Counted from the first letter of the stretch, positions 9,628 through 19,608 are shown. The stretch is 64,000 bases of DNA from Lentimicrobiaceae bacterium (GCA_037445555.1 JBBIKG010000017.1:2329-66328); one strand, 5' to 3'. A program made the numbers and translations. Notes: a model not told the origin generated them from the letters alone.

Positions 9628-11391
9628 ATGAAATCACAAATCTTCAAATCATCCGGTCTGTCAATGACTTTTATTGTTAGTTTTTCTATCCTTACCATCA
9701 TGCTTCTGCATTCGTGTGATGAAAAAATCAGTGACCCGCCTGCAATTAAGTTAGGCGTTGAACAGGTGTCAAACATACCCGGCGCCACTATAACCAACAC
9801 CCTTCGCTTGGATGCTTCCGATGGTCTTCAAAGCCTGGCGATATTAAGAAATGGAATTGTCCAGAACACTGTTGCATACAATGGTGAAAAAAGGGCTGAC
9901 TATGTATTTACTTATGTGGTTGAGCAGTTGACTACGGGTTCGGTAATAACTTTTGGTTTTCAGATCACTGATAAACGTAACCGCACATCAGATGTGAAAA
10001 CTATGACTCTTAGAATTGCTTCCAAGGAAATTGTTGAGGTTTCGGGAAATATTACCGGAAGTGTTACCTGGGTTAAGTCGAAAATATACAGGCTGAACGG
10101 TTTTGTAAGGGTTCAGAACGGGGCTAAACTTACCATCGAACCTGGCACACTTATCATAGGCAGCCGCGTAACCAAAGGCACGTTGATTATACAAATGGGC
10201 GGCCAGATTTTTGCCAACGGGACCCAGCAGGAACCTATTGTATTGACATCCGAACGCGCACCGGGATTGCGTGAACCAGGCGACTGGGGTGGATTGGTGA
10301 TTTGCGGTCGTGCACGCAACAATGTCACTGTTGCTACAGGGCAGCCTGTCGAGCTCGAAGGTGGTTACGGAGCTTTTCACGGAGGAACCGATGATAACGA
10401 CAACTCAGGGATTTTAAGATATGTTCGCATAGAATATGCGGGCATTCCTATCAATCCCAATGAGGAAATAAACTCCCTCACCTTAGGTAGTGTTGGCCGC
10501 GGAACGGTTATCGAATACGTAATGACTTCGTACGGCCTTGACGATGCTTTCGAATGGTTTGGTGGTTCGGTAGATGCCAAATACCTCATCGCCTACCGCA
10601 ACATTGACGATGACTGGGATGTGGATATGGGCTACAGCGGCCGTGTGCAGTTTGGTCTTTCCATCAAAGGGGCTTCACTTGCCGACCAGTCTGGTTCAAA
10701 CGCATTTGAAGTGGATAACAATGGGGTCGGTTCTGCTGCCGAACCTTTTACCTCCGCAGTTTTTGCCAACATTACCAATATAGGTCCCAAGAAAAATCGC
10801 GAAACCGCAATCAGCCTGCAATTTCAGCATGCAGCCCAGCTAAGGCGAAATTCAAGGATCTTTATTTATAATTCAGTTATGACGGGTTATCCCTGGGGGT
10901 TGTATATAGATGATGATCGCCCGGGTAGCGGACAGGCCGCCCTTGACGGACACCTGCAGATACGGAATCTGGTGCTTGCCGGAGTAGATCACTGGGGGGG
11001 TAATGGATATGGATCGGCCGGAACAATCTATACAGGAGCGCCATCAAATGGTGCACAGCATCCAAATTTGCCACGAGGTGTTGCTTTACGCAGCCACGCT
11101 AATTTCCCGGGAGGGCAATCCGCTTATGAAACCTGGTACAATACTGGCTCTTTCAACAATAAACTGATTGGCCATTGGGGTGAAACCGGACTTGAGGGCA
11201 GTTTGTTCGACTTAGGGACTCCCAAAGTCACCTTGCCTTTGTCATCAAATATTCTGAATGCCGCCAAATGGGATAACACCCCAAAGGCTGATAACTTTTT
11301 CTTAAAGGTTACTTACATCGGGGCTTTCGGAACAACTGACTGGACAAAGGATTGGGCCGAATGGAACTGCCATTCAGTCAGGTATTACTAA
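9628..11391 (+). CDS. Uncharacterised lipoprotein, probably an outer-membrane partner of the upstream TonB-dependent receptor (not SusD-like)
   Basis: Lipoprotein-type signal (ILTIMLLHSCDEK). Beta-strand-rich repeats resemble parallel beta-helix proteins (GAKLTIEPGTLIIG...GTLIIQMGGQIFANGTQQEPIVLTS; GDWGGLVICG; DDAFEWFGG; GSNAFEVDNNG). The track start at 9622 is a TTG, so I use the ATG at 9628. Function unknown. Confidence 0.6.
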   Translation: MKSQIFKSSGLSMTFIVSFSILTIMLLHSCDEKISDPPAIKLGVEQVSNIPGATITNTLRLDASDGLQSLAILRNGIVQNTVAYNGEKRADYVFTYVVEQLTTGSVITFGFQITDKRNRTSDVKTMTLRIASKEIVEVSGNITGSVTWVKSKIYRLNGFVRVQNGAKLTIEPGTLIIGSRVTKGTLIIQMGGQIFANGTQQEPIVLTSERAPGLREPGDWGGLVICGRARNNVTVATGQPVELEGGYGAFHGGTDDNDNSGILRYVRIEYAGIPINPNEEINSLTLGSVGRGTVIEYVMTSYGLDDAFEWFGGSVDAKYLIAYRNIDDDWDVDMGYSGRVQFGLSIKGASLADQSGSNAFEVDNNGVGSAAEPFTSAVFANITNIGPKKNRETAISLQFQHAAQLRRNSRIFIYNSVMTGYPWGLYIDDDRPGSGQAALDGHLQIRNLVLAGVDHWGGNGYGSAGTIYTGAPSNGAQHPNLPRGVALRSHANFPGGQSAYETWYNTGSFNNKLIGHWGETGLEGSLFDLGTPKVTLPLSSNILNAAKWDNTPKADNFFLKVTYIGAFGTTDWTKDWAEWNCHSVRYY

Positions 11392-11553
11392 TTCATTATT
11401 TTCTGGTTATCGTTTAATGGAATGGGCAACAAATGGAGTGAGATTGTTTTCATCCCTATGAAACCGACCGGATGGCCTCATTACAGGACTCTTTCTATTA
11501 AAAATGGCCTGAATGGCTCTGCGAGGTTATGAAACCAAACAAAGTATCAAACA

Positions 11554-12555
11554 TTAATAGTAATGCGTTTCTACCAGAGGTTGCCACAAACTTCTGTAGT
11601 AGCCCGATTCAGCGCCTTTACAAATTCTGTCGAACGGACAATGGTTGTGGATCGGCAAATCAACAAACCGGGTCAGGGTACACGGGTTTTTTTCGCAGTA
11701 TCCCACCCGGCACAGGAGGTGTTCATGACAACAACTGCGCCCCAGCGACCAGAAAATGTCATTGAGTTTAACCTTATTGATGCCTGAGTGGTGCGCGATG
11801 ATACTGAAGGCTTCGATACACTGCTTGCGGATGGCCAAGTCACTGCTAACAGGTATACGTTTTCTGAGTTTTTCGGCCAAGGTAGCTTGCGTAATTTCAA
11901 CGCACCCGATTCGAAGCAGTACCCTCTGCATGTGATAATCCATGATCGGAACATAATTATCCGGATCTTCAATTTGAATGAGCTTTGCCTCTTCGAGCAA
12001 TTTTAGAAGAAAGCTGGATTTTTTTCGCAGAGGATCACAGTACGCCTCAAATACTTCCAGCATTGCGTATAACCCATTTTGCCCGGCAAGGACTTGCGGT
12101 GTCTGATCAAATAGTTGAGTCAGGCTCCCGTTATAATCAAGTTGCAGCAATATGTCGGCATCCGTAATGAGTTTTACTCTTTCATTCAACCTGTCGAATG
12201 TGGTATCCTCCAATTGGCCTGTATCGCTGAAAAGTTCTGCAAGCTGGCGGATTACTTCTTCAGGCTTGCTGGCTGCGAGAAACCCGGGCCACAAAATCGG
12301 CGATTCATCTACCGCTAGGCGTGTAAAGGTTTCTTCAATATAGTCCCACCCCCAGAGGTTTTTAACCTTACTTTGCAGGGTGTGGGTTTGATGGCAGATG
12401 GCTACAGCGTAGAAGTAGGTTCTGAATCGAACTTCTTCTGGTGCTTCAAGGGTCAGGAAAGGCCTGTGGTAAATTTCTGACTTGAAACGAAGGCTGCGAA
12501 CAAGTTCTGCCAGGCGAAGGCAGTTACTCACGGATACTTGCACCGCTTTATTCAT
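11554..12555 (-). CDS. Hypothetical protein, possibly Qng1/DUF2419-like (queuosine-salvage-type fold) with a Cys-rich C-terminal segment
   Basis: Clean 333-aa ORF with an ATG start. There is loose resemblance to the DUF2419/Qng1 layout, including the C-terminal ...HYY end and a DYH-x-x-x-VL segment. Seven Cys lie in 38 residues (11620-11733). The functional call is weak. Confidence 0.6.
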   Translation of the reverse strand: MNKAVQVSVSNCLRLAELVRSLRFKSEIYHRPFLTLEAPEEVRFRTYFYAVAICHQTHTLQSKVKNLWGWDYIEETFTRLAVDESPILWPGFLAASKPEEVIRQLAELFSDTGQLEDTTFDRLNERVKLITDADILLQLDYNGSLTQLFDQTPQVLAGQNGLYAMLEVFEAYCDPLRKKSSFLLKLLEEAKLIQIEDPDNYVPIMDYHMQRVLLRIGCVEITQATLAEKLRKRIPVSSDLAIRKQCIEAFSIIAHHSGINKVKLNDIFWSLGRSCCHEHLLCRVGYCEKNPCTLTRFVDLPIHNHCPFDRICKGAESGYYRSLWQPLVETHYY

Positions 12556-12596
12556 GTCGAATGTTCAGGTTGGCGTGCCCTGCAAACTTCAGAGTA

Positions 12597-13022
12597 TCAT
12601 AGCTTAATTCGGGCAGGTTTTTGCCCGGCAAGATACATTAAAATACAGTCATGATGAATTACAGAGATATCAAGTTGCTGGCATAAATCTACAGCTTTAG
12701 GATGATCGGCTCCGGGTTGAATCCAAATGTGTCTGATGCCCTTCACAGCAGCCTGATTCACAAGCATCAGAGTCCGGTCAGGCGGCGTGACGAACACTAT
12801 TCCCTCAACGCCATCAGGCAGATTGTTCACATCAGCGACCGCCTTTACACCATCCAGCTCCTGCACATGCGGATTGATGGGTACAACCAGATACCCATAA
12901 CGTCGAAGCTCATGAAAAATGAGGCTCCCGAATTTGGTCGGATTTCGTGATGCCCCGGCAACGGCTATATGGTGCAGCTGCAGAAAGGCATCGACCTGCT
13001 TCAGCGAATGACCATCACTCAT
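12597..13022 (-). CDS. CoA-binding domain protein (YccU-like)
   Basis: IAVAGASRNPTKFGSLIFHELRRYGYLVVPINPH is typical of the small CoA-binding (Rossmann-like) family. 141 aa. Confidence 0.8.
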   Translation of the reverse strand: MSDGHSLKQVDAFLQLHHIAVAGASRNPTKFGSLIFHELRRYGYLVVPINPHVQELDGVKAVADVNNLPDGVEGIVFVTPPDRTLMLVNQAAVKGIRHIWIQPGADHPKAVDLCQQLDISVIHHDCILMYLAGQKPARIKL

Positions 13023-13419
13023 AAATTTCGTCCCCGATTTTTAGGTCATAGGAAAATTCAGGAGGATTCAACAAATGCCTTTTTACGGCACAGTTGTTTG
13101 CCGTGTTGATGAGCGCCTCACGGTATTTCTTCGGAAACTCATCGGGCAAGTGCATCTCAAACCTGATTTTCCCAATCAGCCGGGTGTTTGGATCTACCTC
13201 CATATGTTGCTTGATAATTACATCTGAAGTTGGAATTCCGCGCTGCTCGCAGAATGCCTTAACGTAAATGCCCACGCAGGTTCCGATGGATGCAAGAAAC
13301 AGATCAAATGGGGCAGGGGCGCTGCCTTCACCGCCAGAGTATGCTGGTTGATCGGTCATGATGGTGTAGCCTTTGTAATTGGCCTGGACTTTTAGTCCTC
13401 CGGGAAAAGTAATTTCCAT
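13015..13419 (-). CDS. OsmC-family protein (peroxiredoxin-like)
   Basis: 134 aa with the OsmC-like pattern GGEGSAPAPFDLFLASIGTCVGIY...NCAVKRHL containing two conserved Cys. The stop overlaps the start of the downstream CoA-binding gene by 8 nt. Confidence 0.85.
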   Translation of the reverse strand: MEITFPGGLKVQANYKGYTIMTDQPAYSGGEGSAPAPFDLFLASIGTCVGIYVKAFCEQRGIPTSDVIIKQHMEVDPNTRLIGKIRFEMHLPDEFPKKYREALINTANNCAVKRHLLNPPEFSYDLKIGDEIYE

Positions 13420-13539
13420 ATTGAGTCAAATTAAGAATATTATATCTGTTACTTGAACTTTTGCATTACTAAACACCGCAGAACAGGAATAGTTTTACTG
13501 ATGGACCTGACCTATATGTGTTATTATCCGTACCGTGGA

Positions 13540-14466
13540 TCAATCCTTTGGGTAAGACAATAACGCTATTGAAATTAAGGCGATAAGTATTCCTGCTAAC
13601 CGCCTGGCATTCAGTTTTTCTTTAAAAATAATTATTCCAGCCGCCGAAGCTGCTGCTACAATACCAATATTGATAATGGGGATAACCAGGCTAACTTCAA
13701 ACCTGTCAAGGCTTAGAAGTAAAAAATAGCTGGAATACCAGTTAAGTAATCCGATCAGTATACCGGCCAGCAGTGTTTTAAGATTCATCGTTTTTATAGG
13801 ATATTTGATAAGGAAGATCAATGAGCTGACTATCAGTGCAATGAAAAATACTGAGACCAGAAAAGCATCGTAGTCATCGTTCAAGAAGTATTCCTGCACT
13901 ACCTTTAATGCAAGGTCACTGATGCCATGTACCACCAGCAATGCTATTGGTAATAGCGATGCACCGGCTTTCGAATTTTTCTGTGGAGCAAGCGATAAAT
14001 ACAAGGCTGCCAATCCCACACTGATGCCGGCTATCCGGTAAATGTCCGGACTGTCGCCGAATATCAGGAGCCCGGCGGCTACCGAAACGATCAGCGACAA
14101 ACGACTGGCCAGTCCGGTAGATGCCACTCCGGCTTTAACAGCCGAAAATGAAAAAAGGAAAAACCCCGTGATGAAAAGGATACCTGATAAAAATGCCAGA
14201 CCAACCCATGGTTTCTGAAGAATAGCTTCAGGGTGCAAATTGCTGGGTGAACTAAAAATACCAAACAGCACTGCTACCACATAATTTACTACTAACAGCG
14301 CCAGTGAGTTTATGGTATACCTGCCTGCCAGCTTAAACATAACCAGAATACCTGTCGAACATGCGATGGCAAGTACTATGTACAACATGGGTATAAAATT
14401 GACTGATCTGGGTGATTTTTCCTGATGCAACCTGGTAAGGAATGTGGTCCGGAAGAACGAAAACAC
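13540..14466 (-). CDS. DMT/EamA-like superfamily membrane transporter
   Basis: About 10 predicted TM helices in two halves, 308 aa. The start is uncertain, with an alternative ATG 26 codons downstream at 14388. Confidence 0.7.
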   Translation of the reverse strand: MFSFFRTTFLTRLHQEKSPRSVNFIPMLYIVLAIACSTGILVMFKLAGRYTINSLALLVVNYVVAVLFGIFSSPSNLHPEAILQKPWVGLAFLSGILFITGFFLFSFSAVKAGVASTGLASRLSLIVSVAAGLLIFGDSPDIYRIAGISVGLAALYLSLAPQKNSKAGASLLPIALLVVHGISDLALKVVQEYFLNDDYDAFLVSVFFIALIVSSLIFLIKYPIKTMNLKTLLAGILIGLLNWYSSYFLLLSLDRFEVSLVIPIINIGIVAAASAAGIIIFKEKLNARRLAGILIALISIALLSYPKD

Positions 14467-14549
14467 TCAGAGCGCAATCCTTAGCAAGCTTTCCCTCATT
14501 TATTATATACTGCGCAATAAAGCGCGATGATCAGAGACCAGGATGATTA

Positions 14550-15419
14550 TTACACATAAGGAAACAGAGTATCAATCCAGCGGTCTTCGGTTATGAAGAA
14601 TTTGCCAAAACTCTCCCATTTTAAGAGAATGCGTTGCTGCTTCATCTGCTCTGCAGTCAAACCCTGCTTTTTGGCCTGCCTTACTGCTTCGACCGATGCT
14701 TCGAGTGAAGCACGGTAGGCCTTGAACTGTGTCATGGTGTATACAGGACCATGACCGCCAACCATAGTAACTTTATCATCGAAGTTGTTTTCTATCCAGT
14801 GCAGTCTGGCAAGAAAATTTATAGGATTACCTCCCTGGCTAACATCAACAAAGGGAAAATTATCGGCAAACAGCAGGTCGCCAAGTACAAGAACGTTGGC
14901 TTTCGGGAAATATATGTAAATGTCACCCGCAGTGTGGCTGTTAGGCATATGGCGCATTCTGACGATTTCGCCATTGAATTTCATTTCGAGAGAGCCCTCG
15001 AAGGTGATATTTGGTATGGCGTGGGAGACCATAGGCCCCGAAACCCGTTCGCCTTGTTTGCGGTCAGATGATAACCAGGTTTTTACAGAATGATGTGCAA
15101 TCACATCAGCCCCCTTTGCCATCTCAGGGTTACCTCCGGTGTGGTCGCCGTGAAGGTGGGTGTTTACGAGATATTTAACGGGCTTGCCGATGAGACGGGT
15201 GAGGGTGTCCTTCAACTGTTTTGTGGTCTGCTCATAGGCCGCATCGATGAGCATCAGGCCATCGGGGCCACTGAACGCAACAACGGTGACCACATCGCCA
15301 ACAAACAGCCGGTGAATTCCCGGGGCCATTTCAAAATGATTGACTTTCATAGCCGTATAATCACGCTGTGCCGAAAGTACGAAGGGTATAAGGAGCAAAA
15401 GAAATAAGGCTTTTTTCAT
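14550..15419 (-). CDS. Secreted MBL-fold metallo-hydrolase
   Basis: Signal peptide MKKALFLLLLIPFVLSAQ and the HxHxDH motif (HLHGDHTGG). Substrate unknown. Confidence 0.85.
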   Translation of the reverse strand: MKKALFLLLLIPFVLSAQRDYTAMKVNHFEMAPGIHRLFVGDVVTVVAFSGPDGLMLIDAAYEQTTKQLKDTLTRLIGKPVKYLVNTHLHGDHTGGNPEMAKGADVIAHHSVKTWLSSDRKQGERVSGPMVSHAIPNITFEGSLEMKFNGEIVRMRHMPNSHTAGDIYIYFPKANVLVLGDLLFADNFPFVDVSQGGNPINFLARLHWIENNFDDKVTMVGGHGPVYTMTQFKAYRASLEASVEAVRQAKKQGLTAEQMKQQRILLKWESFGKFFITEDRWIDTLFPYV

Positions 15420-15659
15420 AATTTACTTATTTGATTACAAATTAAAACAATAAGACATAATATTTGGTTTAGTATTACTGGTAAAATCTCCCCTGTCAAG
15501 CTTAATTTCAGACCCGAACGTCAAGGTGAACCATCGGTTGACAAATATAGTTTGTTTTGCGATTTGTGCCTCAATCATTTAATTTTCAGTAACAAATGAA
15601 AAATGCCTTGCAGGATTGTTAAATGTGGAATATGGAATTTATATAGGAGCTTAAAGCCT

Positions 15660-15667
15660 TAATTTTG
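15660..15667 (+). promoter_or_regulatory. -7 promoter box TAATTTTG immediately upstream of prmC
   Basis: Exact TAnnTTTG match ending 4 nt before the ATG at 15672. This implies a leaderless or near-leaderless mRNA if functional. Confidence 0.3.
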
Positions 15668-15671
15668 CTAC

Positions 15672-16532
15672 ATGTCAGAGAATGCTTTGAAATATTACCG
15701 AAAAGTTCGCCAGACGCTGGAAAAGCTTTATGGCCCTCATGAATCTAAAACTTTGTCCGTTATGCTTTTTGAGCATTACGCCGGCATTAGTCATGAGGAT
15801 CTGATTGGGGGAAGGAATCAGTATTTTGATGAAACTGCCTGTCATTTGATCGGTGAATCAGTCAACAGATTGATGAACCATGAGCCAGTTCAGTATATTT
15901 TGGGAAAAGCACGATTTTTTGACCTTTATTTTCTGGTCAATTCACATGTACTCATACCCAGGCCCGAGACTGAAGAGCTCGTTCATTGGGTAATCACCGA
16001 GAAGAGTGGCACTCCAGATTTACGCGTAATTGACATTGGAACCGGAAGTGGCTGTATTGCCATCTCTCTTGCGAAACACCTGCACAACGCTGAGACTGTT
16101 GCGGTTGATATTAGTCATAAGGCGCTGGAAGTCGCCAAGCAGAATGGCATTATACACAATGCCAAGGTTCAGTTCATTCACTGCGATATAACCGACTCAA
16201 ACCAATGGCCGCCGGGCGAATTTGATGTTGTTGTCTGCAATCCTCCATACATTCCATACCCACAGGAATCTGCACTGCCGCGCAATGTTGTAAATTTCGA
16301 ACCATGGATGGCATTATTTCCTCCCGTTGATGATCCGTTATTTTTCTATCGTCACCTTATCGGTTTTGCCCTCAGCAAGCTGGTGGAAAGAGGCGTAATG
16401 TACCTGGAGTGTCACGAAGAATATGCTGACATGGTTGCTGATCTTTGCTCTGATGCTGGTTTGACCAGAGTGAAGGTTAAAACTGATATTAACGGAAAAA
16501 ATCGAATGGTTAAAGCAATGAGGGCCTCTTAG
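15672..16532 (+). CDS. prmC: Peptide chain release factor N5-glutamine methyltransferase
   Basis: SAM-binding motif VIDIGTGSGCIAISLA and the catalytic NPPY motif (VVCNPPYIP). 286 aa. Confidence 0.88.
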   Translation: MSENALKYYRKVRQTLEKLYGPHESKTLSVMLFEHYAGISHEDLIGGRNQYFDETACHLIGESVNRLMNHEPVQYILGKARFFDLYFLVNSHVLIPRPETEELVHWVITEKSGTPDLRVIDIGTGSGCIAISLAKHLHNAETVAVDISHKALEVAKQNGIIHNAKVQFIHCDITDSNQWPPGEFDVVVCNPPYIPYPQESALPRNVVNFEPWMALFPPVDDPLFFYRHLIGFALSKLVERGVMYLECHEEYADMVADLCSDAGLTRVKVKTDINGKNRMVKAMRAS

Positions 16533-16583
16533 GATTTCATTTATTACGGGTCAATAGCAGAAGAAAAATTATTAAACCCTCTC

Positions 16584-18605
16584 TCACATTCTCCTAAGCA
16601 CCTGGGCAGTACGGCTTACATTATATATGCGCGCATAGGTAGCTCCCGAAGGGCTGTGGAAGGTATAATGATCCACCTCGCGGCTAATGCGCCCTAATCC
16701 TCCAAACGCGGGATCATCGGTATCGAAAATAACGCGGTAGTTTCCGGGTTCCTGTACCTGAAATTCGTATCCCGGAATGGAGTTGGAAACGTGGAAGTTG
16801 AACACAAATATAAGATTACCTTTTTCAAAAACGAGGGTCTTATTTTGCTCATCAACATTAATTTGCCTGCCATAACCCTGGTGCAGGATATGGTATTCTC
16901 TGACCAACTGCACCATTTCCGTATCAAATGATGCCAGGAATTTATATTTCAAATCCTGATTATCTCTCAGGCTCCATTGCCTGCGTGCGTACCAATAGCT
17001 CCAATTGTTTCCTTCTCTCGGAAAATCAACCCATTCAGGGTGTCCGAATTCATTTCCGATGAAATTCATATATGCATCTCCTCCCAGAATGGCAGTCACG
17101 AAGCGTATCATTTTATGGAGCGCCATACCTCTGTTGATGACTAGGTTATCATCATCTTTTTGCATGTGATTGTACATAGCCTGATCCATCAACCAGAATG
17201 CTATCGTCTTGTCGCCAACCAGGGCCTGATCATGCGACTCGCAATAGGCTACTGTCTTGACTCCGGGTTTGCGATTTGTCAGTACGTTCCAAATGTCGCT
17301 AACGCTCCAGTCTTCATCTCTTTTGTCTCTCAGAAGATGAATCCAGAAGTCGGGAATACCCATGCCAAGCCTGTAGTCGAATCCTATCCCAGCATCACTG
17401 ATGGGGGAGGTCAGGCCCGGCATACCTGTGACATCCTCGGCTATGGTAATAGCTTTCGGATTGATGGAATGTGTGAGTTTATTAGCCAGTTGTAGGTACG
17501 TTACCGCATCAAATTCTACTCCGTCAGTGAAATATTTCCACGGGTCAAAATCTCCGATATTGCCATGATGAAAGTACAGCATTGAGCCGACGCCGTCAAA
17601 TCTGAAGCCGTCGAAATGAAATTCCTGCATCCAGTATTTCAGATTCGACAGTAAAAACCTGAGTACCTCGGTTTTACCATAGTCAAAAAGCTTTGAATCC
17701 CAGTCTGGATGGTTTCCTCTGTCGCCCCCGTGGCTGTAATGGTGATCCGTGCCGTCAAGCTCGTTAATTCCTTCAAGGAAATTCTTTATGGTATGGCTGT
17801 GCACAAGGTCCATGATGACTACAAGCCCCAGGCTATGGGCTTTCTTAATCAATGATTTAAGATCTTCGGGGGTTCCGAAACGTGAAGAAGGGGCAAACAG
17901 GTTGGAAACATGATATCCATAGGAAGCATAATAGGGATGTTCCTGTACAGCCATGAGCTGCAGTGCAGTATACCCGGCAGCTTTTATACGAGGCAGTACG
18001 TTAACGGTAAATTCATTCCATGTCCCCACCTCAAGTTTTTCCTGTGCCATGCCCGGATGACACTCATAGATCAACAAGTCTTTCAAGTCATTAAGAGGTG
18101 ATGTATCCCCCGACCAGTCAAAAGGGCCTGGGTCCCACAACACACCGGAAAAGTTAGGCGAACCGGGATCCTGAACTACTCTTTTCATAAATGCAGGGAT
18201 TCGCTCGTATCGGCCATTGTTACCATCTACCAGCACCTTCAGTTTACTTCCGTGTTTTAAAGAATCAGCGTAGTGTTTATCAGGAAGAAATATCTCCCAC
18301 ACACCAAAGGCATCGCGTGACATAGGATGGGATGTGTAGTTCCACTGATTGAAGTCGCCGATAAGGTGAAGCATATGTGCCCCGGGAGCCCATTCGCGGT
18401 AAACCCATCCTTTGCGCCTCGAGTCGCGGTTGAATCCGAAGTATTTGTATCCGTTGGCAAATTGGATCAAGCTTCCGTAGTCCTTTTCAATTTGCGAAAG
18501 CCGCTGACGGAATCGCTCCAAACGCATCCATACACCTTCCGATACGGGTTGAAGCCACGGATCATCTTTGACGAGCTTGGGTAATTTGAACGAACTCTTT
18601 GACAT
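16584..18605 (-). CDS. glgB: 1,4-alpha-glucan branching enzyme (GH13)
   Basis: GH13 catalytic-region motifs (VIMDLVHSHT, GFRFDGV, IAEDVTG, YCESHDQ). The track start at 18620 is a TTG, so I use the ATG at 18605. Confidence 0.9.
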   Translation of the reverse strand: MSKSSFKLPKLVKDDPWLQPVSEGVWMRLERFRQRLSQIEKDYGSLIQFANGYKYFGFNRDSRRKGWVYREWAPGAHMLHLIGDFNQWNYTSHPMSRDAFGVWEIFLPDKHYADSLKHGSKLKVLVDGNNGRYERIPAFMKRVVQDPGSPNFSGVLWDPGPFDWSGDTSPLNDLKDLLIYECHPGMAQEKLEVGTWNEFTVNVLPRIKAAGYTALQLMAVQEHPYYASYGYHVSNLFAPSSRFGTPEDLKSLIKKAHSLGLVVIMDLVHSHTIKNFLEGINELDGTDHHYSHGGDRGNHPDWDSKLFDYGKTEVLRFLLSNLKYWMQEFHFDGFRFDGVGSMLYFHHGNIGDFDPWKYFTDGVEFDAVTYLQLANKLTHSINPKAITIAEDVTGMPGLTSPISDAGIGFDYRLGMGIPDFWIHLLRDKRDEDWSVSDIWNVLTNRKPGVKTVAYCESHDQALVGDKTIAFWLMDQAMYNHMQKDDDNLVINRGMALHKMIRFVTAILGGDAYMNFIGNEFGHPEWVDFPREGNNWSYWYARRQWSLRDNQDLKYKFLASFDTEMVQLVREYHILHQGYGRQINVDEQNKTLVFEKGNLIFVFNFHVSNSIPGYEFQVQEPGNYRVIFDTDDPAFGGLGRISREVDHYTFHSPSGATYARIYNVSRTAQVLRRM

Positions 18606-18831
18606 AATGTGAATTTTCAATTTTGCTCAAAACTATGAAATTTAGCCCAGTACATCAACTTTTTTTTCATGCTTTTCTATGGCTGGGGAATTCACCCTCA
18701 TAAATATTGCTAGTTACACTGATTGTGAACAACATCTGTGAGTGCTTTGTTGTATTTTTGTATGAAAATCATGTTTGCTCTATGGATTTTGAGTAGATCA
18801 GTCCTTTAGTACACACTAATAATTGTTCCTT

Positions 18832-19608
18832 ATGAGAAATTTAACAATCAAACCATTCTTAGCAGCAATGTTGCTGTTGCTTGGAAGCAACATCATGGCG
18901 CAGGGCATTCTGAACAGGGTTAAGCAAAAGGTGGAAGATAAGATTGTGAATGAGATTTTTAAGGATAAAGATCAATCACAGCAGCAGAGTGCTAACCCCG
19001 CCGAATCACCAACGTCGACACCTTCGGCCACCAATCGTAAGGTCGGTGGGCTTAGCAATCAGGATATTGACGTTCCGCAGTATATTGCCGATGCAAATAC
19101 TGCTTTCAGAGCAAAAGAATATGCCAACAGCCGGGCAGCTGCCAGACAGGCTATGTGGGGAATTGAACTCGAAATTGGTAGAAACCTCCTGAAATCTTTG
19201 CCAGATATTGTGGCCGGCCTTGACGCTGATAAAGGACAGGATAAGGTGATCAGCTCGGGAATAGGCTTTGTTGGGTTGGTTATGGAACGCAGCTACACCG
19301 GGAAGAAGGATGATAAGGAGTTGGAAATTTTTGTTCGTACAGACCCCGACCCACTAACGATGACAATGATGAACATGGCGGGCAACTATAGAACGTCCGA
19401 AAATATGAACCAAAAATCAATACGGTTTCAGAACATAAATGCCACCATCACTTTTGACCACAACGAAGGCTTTGCCCTGACACTCACCGCAGGCCAATCT
19501 ACCTTTGTGCAAATAAACGGAGTAAATTTCGACTCAGAGAAAGATTTTATGGCCGCTGCTAATTCATTCAATATTGATTCGATCAAGAAAGGACTCGGAG
19601 ACCAATGA
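18832..19608 (+). CDS. Secreted hypothetical protein (paralog 1 of a tandem pair)
   Basis: Signal peptide MRNLTIKPFLAAMLLLLGSNIMAQG, a low-complexity linker, then a domain alignable to the next ORF. The track start at 18823 is a TTG, so I use the ATG at 18832. Confidence 0.6.
   Translation: MRNLTIKPFLAAMLLLLGSNIMAQGILNRVKQKVEDKIVNEIFKDKDQSQQQSANPAESPTSTPSATNRKVGGLSNQDIDVPQYIADANTAFRAKEYANSRAAARQAMWGIELEIGRNLLKSLPDIVAGLDADKGQDKVISSGIGFVGLVMERSYTGKKDDKELEIFVRTDPDPLTMTMMNMAGNYRTSENMNQKSIRFQNINATITFDHNEGFALTLTAGQSTFVQINGVNFDSEKDFMAAANSFNIDSIKKGLGDQ

Noticed and set aside
14550-15419. The secreted MBL-fold protein as a metallo-beta-lactamase resistance gene
   Set aside because: The HxHxDH motif and signal peptide are generic to many periplasmic MBL-fold hydrolases. 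I cannot see subclass-specific B1/B3 features, so a resistance call is not supportable.
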